Below, piece by piece: positions 59,894-64,000 of a stretch of 64,000 nucleotides of DNA (positions are counted from its first letter, which is position 1; each line of letters opens with the position of its first letter). Location: assembly GCA_022562795.1 (NCBI GenBank), contig JADFOP010000003.1:25197-89196 (forward strand). The letters are read 5' to 3'. A program made the position numbers and the translations under genes. Under the pieces are notes generated by a model. The model saw only the letters and a list, made by a program, of their open reading frames with translations, was not told the origin of the DNA and searched no databases. The stretch is from Nitrospinota bacterium. GTDB taxonomy: Bacteria; JADFOP01.

Positions 59894-60307
59894 TCAGATG
59901 AGTTCGGTGATGTCTACACCGAGGGCCTTAGCGACCCGCCTGTAGGTCTTGATCGTCGGGCGATAGTCGGGATCTTCGATCTGACTGACCCGAGTCTGAC
60001 CCACGCCAAGCCTCTTGGCGAGTTCTTTCTGAGTGATTTTTTTCCGCTTCCGCACCCTCTTGATACGATTATCGAGGATTGTCTTACGGGCCTCCTCGAG
60101 GGAAATCACATCGTCCTTCTGGTCGGCCATAACGGCTTTAGCCTCGCGCAAATCTGTATAGTCTTCGATGAGCTCTATAATCTCTTCCCACACCTCAGCG
60201 GGGATGACCACCATCTGGTGTCCCTTAATTTCCACCTGGCCGACCGGCTCTGGAACCTCAAACCCATGACGCGGTTGCGCCTGTTTTTTTGTCTTCGTTG
60301 TTCTCAT
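59894..60307 (-). CDS. HTH-XRE antitoxin (HigA-like)
   Basis: C-terminal Cro/C1 HTH ITQKELAKRLGVGQTRVSQIE. Located immediately downstream of a RelE-family toxin gene (toxin-first order, as in higBA). Confidence 0.7.
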   Translation of the reverse strand: MRTTKTKKQAQPRHGFEVPEPVGQVEIKGHQMVVIPAEVWEEIIELIEDYTDLREAKAVMADQKDDVISLEEARKTILDNRIKRVRKRKKITQKELAKRLGVGQTRVSQIEDPDYRPTIKTYRRVAKALGVDITELI

Positions 60308-60346
60308 GCTGTCCCCTCCTGTTTAATGCCCTTTAAAACCTAAATA

Positions 60347-60619
60347 TCAATATGCGCCCTCCCTAGTTTTTGCTATGACGACTGTCACAGTCCTTTGCTT
60401 ATCGTCAATCTTGTAAATTACTCTGTATCGACGCCCTATCCAAATTCGCCAGTAGTCGTCCTCGAGCTTCTTGCAACCTGGTGGGCGGGGGTTGTTCGCC
60501 AGCCTTTCGATGGCATCGAGAACCCGCTCCCCTATATTTTTTGGAAACCTTGCAATACTCTTTTCTGCGCTTCTCTTTACGATGACCGTGTATCGTTTCC
60601 TTTTCATCTTGTCTTTCAT
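60347..60619 (-). CDS. RelE/ParE-superfamily toxin (HigB/RelE-like mRNA interferase)
   Basis: 90-aa basic protein. YRVIYKID...TVTVVIAKTRE matches the RelE/StbE C-terminal pattern. Confidence 0.7.
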   Translation of the reverse strand: MKDKMKRKRYTVIVKRSAEKSIARFPKNIGERVLDAIERLANNPRPPGCKKLEDDYWRIWIGRRYRVIYKIDDKQRTVTVVIAKTREGAY

Positions 60620-60677
60620 CTCCCGTTGCCTCTTACTTGTAATATAAGGGTTATCATGGTATTTATCAAGTTCATAT

Positions 60678-60690
60678 TATGATAATCATA
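60678..60690. promoter_or_regulatory. palindromic operator candidate TATGAT-a-ATCATA upstream of the toxin gene
   Basis: 6-bp inverted arms ~60 nt upstream of the toxin start in an AT-rich promoter region. Confidence 0.35.
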
Positions 60691-60815
60691 GTATTATTTA
60701 TTATGCTTTGCAAAAAAATCCCCCATCATCTGTCTCCATACCATGAGGCGATTTCTAAGAAGCCTTGGGTGTCTACCGAAGGTAGCTTGCTGTCTCGTTC
60801 TCTTGTTCGGTGCTG

Positions 60816-60841
60816 TCCGCCTCAGGCGGACCTGAGGCGGA
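60816..60841. other. perfect 11-bp-stem hairpin TCCGCCTCAGG-cgga-CCTGAGGCGGA
   Basis: Direct reading in a non-coding AT-rich spacer. No flanking T-tract. Confidence 0.35.
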
Positions 60842-61224
60842 ATGTACCTGCATGGTAATTCATACGCGTTAAATCAATTAGGAGAAATACCGAATATTCA
60901 AGTAGAGGTGAAAGTGTTCTTGGGAAGGGACTTTCGAAGCCTTATCGGCTTCATAACCCTTACCGCCATCGACCTCATAGCTCTGCTAATCGAACAAATG
61001 GAATCAAACAGTTCCTAAAGCGGCAACGTAGAGGTTCAGCAGCTTGACCGTAGCACAATCACCCCGTCACACCGTATGTATATTTGCCAGAGGGTTTAAT
61101 TTAGCCCGCTCCACGCTCAATGTGATGCCCGAAGCCCCGCTGGGGCGGTTGCAAAGAGGACCGTCCGGGCTGTATGATGGGCCCTGGATAGCTAGCCGTG
61201 AGATGACCCATGCCCCGACCATAC

Positions 61225-62319
61225 ATGACGGCCCGCCGCGCACTCCCACCTGTTCTTGCCCTCGTACTTGCGATGGGAGGGGGCTGCGGAGCCCCGTATT
61301 TATTGCACCTCGCCCAAGGCCAGGCCAACATCCTCTTGACCAGCAAACCCATAGAAGAGGTTATCGCCGACCCCGGCGCCGGGCCTGACATTAAGGCAAA
61401 GCTCGAGCTGGTGCGGACGGTCAAGCGTTACGGGGAGGATGTGGTAGGGCTCAAGGCCGATGGGAGCTTCACCACCTTCACCCCTGTCGAAGGCCCGGCG
61501 GCCCTCTACGTAGTGACCGCCGCCCCGAAGCTGAAGCTGGAGCCCCACACCTGGACCTTCCCCCTGGTTGGGACCTTCCCATACAAAGGGTTTTTCGACA
61601 AGTCTATGGCCGAGGCTGAGGAGGCTCGCCTGGCAAGAGCGGGCTTCGACACGTATCTAAGGCCGGCTGCCGCCTACTCGACCCTTGGCTGGTTCACCGA
61701 CCCGGTCCTCGAGCCGCTCCTGGCATCCGGGGAAGTCTCCATCGCCAACGTCATCCTCCACGAAAAGACCCACTCCACGATCTTCGTTCCCAACCACGTG
61801 GCGTTTGACGAGGGGCTCGCGACTTTCGTCGGGAGGCAGGGGGCCATTGATTTCTTCGCCGCCACCGACGGGCCTGGGTCGCCTCATCACGTGGAGGCCA
61901 TAAAGCGCATGGAGGACGAGCTCCGGTTTGGGCGTTTTCTGCAAGTGGTTATAGCCGAGTTGGAGGGGCTCTACGGCTCGGACATTCCCAGTTCAGAAAA
62001 GCTCGAGCGGCGCGAACGCATTTTTGAGAAGAGCCGCCTTAAGATGCTGAAAGAGCGAGACGGCTACAATTACCCTACTCTGGCGGAGTTTTACACCGAG
62101 ACTCCGCTCAATAACGCCTTCCTAGTAACCCTTAAGCTCTACACGGTTGATGTGGAGACTTACGTGATGGTCTATGAGCGCCACGGCCGCGATTTGGCCA
62201 AGACGGTTGAGTTCTTCAAGGGCGTGGAGCGTCTTGGCGATGACCCGGCCGCGTATGTGCGACGATGGCTTGATACGGGCGGAGCACGGGCGGCCGCCGC
62301 CGCAGGACCGACGCTGTGA
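61225..62319 (+). CDS. predicted zinc aminopeptidase lipoprotein (DUF2201/Aminopep-like)
   Basis: Lipobox [12 protein letters not shown]. HExxH motif (ILHEKTHS). Confidence 0.6.
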   Translation: MTARRALPPVLALVLAMGGGCGAPYLLHLAQGQANILLTSKPIEEVIADPGAGPDIKAKLELVRTVKRYGEDVVGLKADGSFTTFTPVEGPAALYVVTAAPKLKLEPHTWTFPLVGTFPYKGFFDKSMAEAEEARLARAGFDTYLRPAAAYSTLGWFTDPVLEPLLASGEVSIANVILHEKTHSTIFVPNHVAFDEGLATFVGRQGAIDFFAATDGPGSPHHVEAIKRMEDELRFGRFLQVVIAELEGLYGSDIPSSEKLERRERIFEKSRLKMLKERDGYNYPTLAEFYTETPLNNAFLVTLKLYTVDVETYVMVYERHGRDLAKTVEFFKGVERLGDDPAAYVRRWLDTGGARAAAAAGPTL

Positions 62320-63209
62320 ACCGCCGCTTCTTACTCCCCGTGCTCGCCTGGCTCATGCTGGGATTGTTCCTTCCACCGATTCCTGATCGGGCGGCGACAG
62401 CCGTGCTCGTCCTTCCAGGCGGCGATAAGGTGGAAGGCCGCGTTATCGTTCGAGACGGCACAGTCACGGTCGTCGGCGAAGGGCTGTTTCAGTTTCCCGC
62501 CGGGAGGGTAAAACACGTCGAAGCCAATTCCCCTAAGGAGTGGGTCCTCCCGTTCAACGGCACGCCGCTCTATTCAGGTTCAGACCTCGATGAGGGCTTG
62601 CCTGCTCTGACCCTCGATGCCGGCTCCTCGGTTGTGGTCGTGGACTCGTTAGAGGGAGCCAGACAGGTGGAGACCTACGCGGGGCCTTTGTGGGTGGCGG
62701 CGGGACAGCTTGCCAAGCGCTACACTTTTGAGAACAAGGAGGTTTTGCCCATGGTGGACATGGAGACCGAAAAGGGGACCATCTCGTTGGAGCTGTTTGA
62801 GGACGACGCCCCCAATACGGTGGCCAATTTCGTATCATTGGCCGAGAAGGGCTATTATGACGGGCTTACGTTCCACAGGGTCCTCAAAGACTTTATGATC
62901 CAAGGCGGCGACCCCAGGGGAGACGGCTCCGGTGGACCCGGCTACCGCATTCGCGACGAGATAAACCCCCGCAAACACGACCGCGGGGTCCTCAGCATGG
63001 CCAAGACCCAAGCTCCTGACTCTGGCGGCTCGCAGTTCTTCATCACCCACAAGGCGACCCCCTGGCTCGACGGAAAACACACAGTCTTCGGGCGCGTGAC
63101 CGAAGGGATGGAAGTGGTCGACGCCATCGAGCAGGGCGACAAAATCATATCGGTCAAGGTAACCTCCAAGCGCGACCATCCCTACGAGCCTGAAACCCTC
63201 CCGGAGTGA
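62316..63209 (+). CDS. cyclophilin-type peptidyl-prolyl cis-trans isomerase with N-terminal extension
   Basis: Signal peptide. Cyclophilin core [15 protein letters not shown] ... GVLSMAKT ... GSQFFIT ... [12 protein letters not shown]. Confidence 0.85.
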   Translation: MNRRFLLPVLAWLMLGLFLPPIPDRAATAVLVLPGGDKVEGRVIVRDGTVTVVGEGLFQFPAGRVKHVEANSPKEWVLPFNGTPLYSGSDLDEGLPALTLDAGSSVVVVDSLEGARQVETYAGPLWVAAGQLAKRYTFENKEVLPMVDMETEKGTISLELFEDDAPNTVANFVSLAEKGYYDGLTFHRVLKDFMIQGGDPRGDGSGGPGYRIRDEINPRKHDRGVLSMAKTQAPDSGGSQFFITHKATPWLDGKHTVFGRVTEGMEVVDAIEQGDKIISVKVTSKRDHPYEPETLPE

Positions 63210-63315
63210 GAACGGAAAAGCTCTCCGAACGGGCATCGCGCCCGTTATTACCGGCAGGGAGGGCATTTAGAATTGTCCCGGAAAGCGGGAAACCCTGCCC
63301 ACTACAATAGCAGAT

Positions 63316-64000
63316 TTACTTTAATTCATTATGAGGAAGAATCCACGTTGCCGGTGGCCAAAGCCGAGCATTAACCTTTGCAAGATTCACATTAGGATCA
63401 ATCAAGAGCTGGGACGGCCTATGATTCAAGGAGACTGGCGCATGGGCCCTTACCTCAACGTTAGGATAACCCTTTTTTTTGAAGAGCTTGGCTAGATGAT
63501 GACTAAACTGTAATATCATATCCGGGCTTGCGGTCATTTTGCTGTATTGAGGGGTTGTTAAGAGCTTCAAAGACCTTTGAAGAGAAAATACCCAAGTTTT
63601 GTAACTATCGGGGTCAGTCACATAGAATGTCACCAGACCTTCTTTGCGATTAAGCTTCATATTCCAAGAGAAAAGGTATCCCTCTCGATTCCAGCTTGAG
63701 GTGCCGGGGTAAAGGGCCTGCCTGAATGGCATGAGTAGTTGGAAGGATAGATATAAAACAAGAAAATATGTTGTTAATAAACGAGTTAATGGGGTGATCT
63801 CCGGCATGGAGACCTCTTCTTCTTCCGGACGCCATTCCTTTCGTTGAACTCTTGCCAGCAATTGACGAGGCCAACTCGGAGGGAAGAAGATTAAGGTTGC
63901 CGGTATCATCATCCAGGGGAAAATCCCAATCTTAAATAACTGGGAATTCATTATATGAGACATTACCGCCCCGATGTACGCAAGTAGCCGCGTTCTACGG
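63316..64000 (-). CDS. HTTM-domain-like membrane protein (N-terminus beyond window end)
   Basis: Open reading frame continues to the window edge. Hydrophobic segments IFPWMMIPATLIFFPPSWP and LLTTYFLVLYLSFQLL. Markedly lower GC than the rest of the window. Confidence 0.45.
   Translation of the reverse strand, partial: RRTRLLAYIGAVMSHIMNSQLFKIGIFPWMMIPATLIFFPPSWPRQLLARVQRKEWRPEEEEVSMPEITPLTRLLTTYFLVLYLSFQLLMPFRQALYPGTSSWNREGYLFSWNMKLNRKEGLVTFYVTDPDSYKTWVFSLQRSLKLLTTPQYSKMTASPDMILQFSHHLAKLFKKKGYPNVEVRAHAPVSLNHRPSQLLIDPNVNLAKVNARLWPPATWILPHNELK

Overview
This is a GC-rich (~60-65%) bacterial chromosomal segment with dense, mostly co-linear coding and no rRNA, tRNA or CRISPR that I can recognise. 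The housekeeping backbone includes glnB-glnA and amtB (each with a sigma-54-type promoter), groES-groEL and hrcA-grpE (each with a CIRCE operator), purH, rsmE, panBCD, pyrE, tal, gpsA, rtcB-archease and larB-larC. Several accessory systems are interleaved with it. (1) A bacterial-microcompartment (BMC) locus at ~44.5-51.7 kb carries an RpiR regulator, a sigma-54 enhancer-binding protein, one BMC-H, two BMC-T and three BMC-P shell genes. It also encodes a CoA-acylating aldehyde dehydrogenase and a class II (fuculose-phosphate-type) aldolase, each with an encapsulation-peptide-like amphipathic helix. This is a PVM-like sugar-phosphate/lactaldehyde metabolosome architecture. A 1007-aa CitE-CitE-MaoC-hotdog mega-fusion gene converges on it. 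(2) A signal-peptide TPR giant pair (757 and 1009 aa) is co-operonic with exbB-exbD-tonB-like genes; two further TonB-C-domain proteins lie elsewhere, one fused to TPR repeats. (3) An IclR-linked catabolic operon encodes two adjacent family III CoA-transferases (BbsEF-like pair), an aryl/acyl-CoA ligase, four small Cys-rich ORFs and a hydrolase. (4) Secreted oddities include a clan-CD peptidase-like protein with thrombospondin-type-3 Ca-binding repeats next to a PepSY-like gene, a TadG-like LNSS-repeat protein and a J-domain-PilZ fusion. (5) An AT-rich islet carries a higB/higA-like toxin-antitoxin pair.
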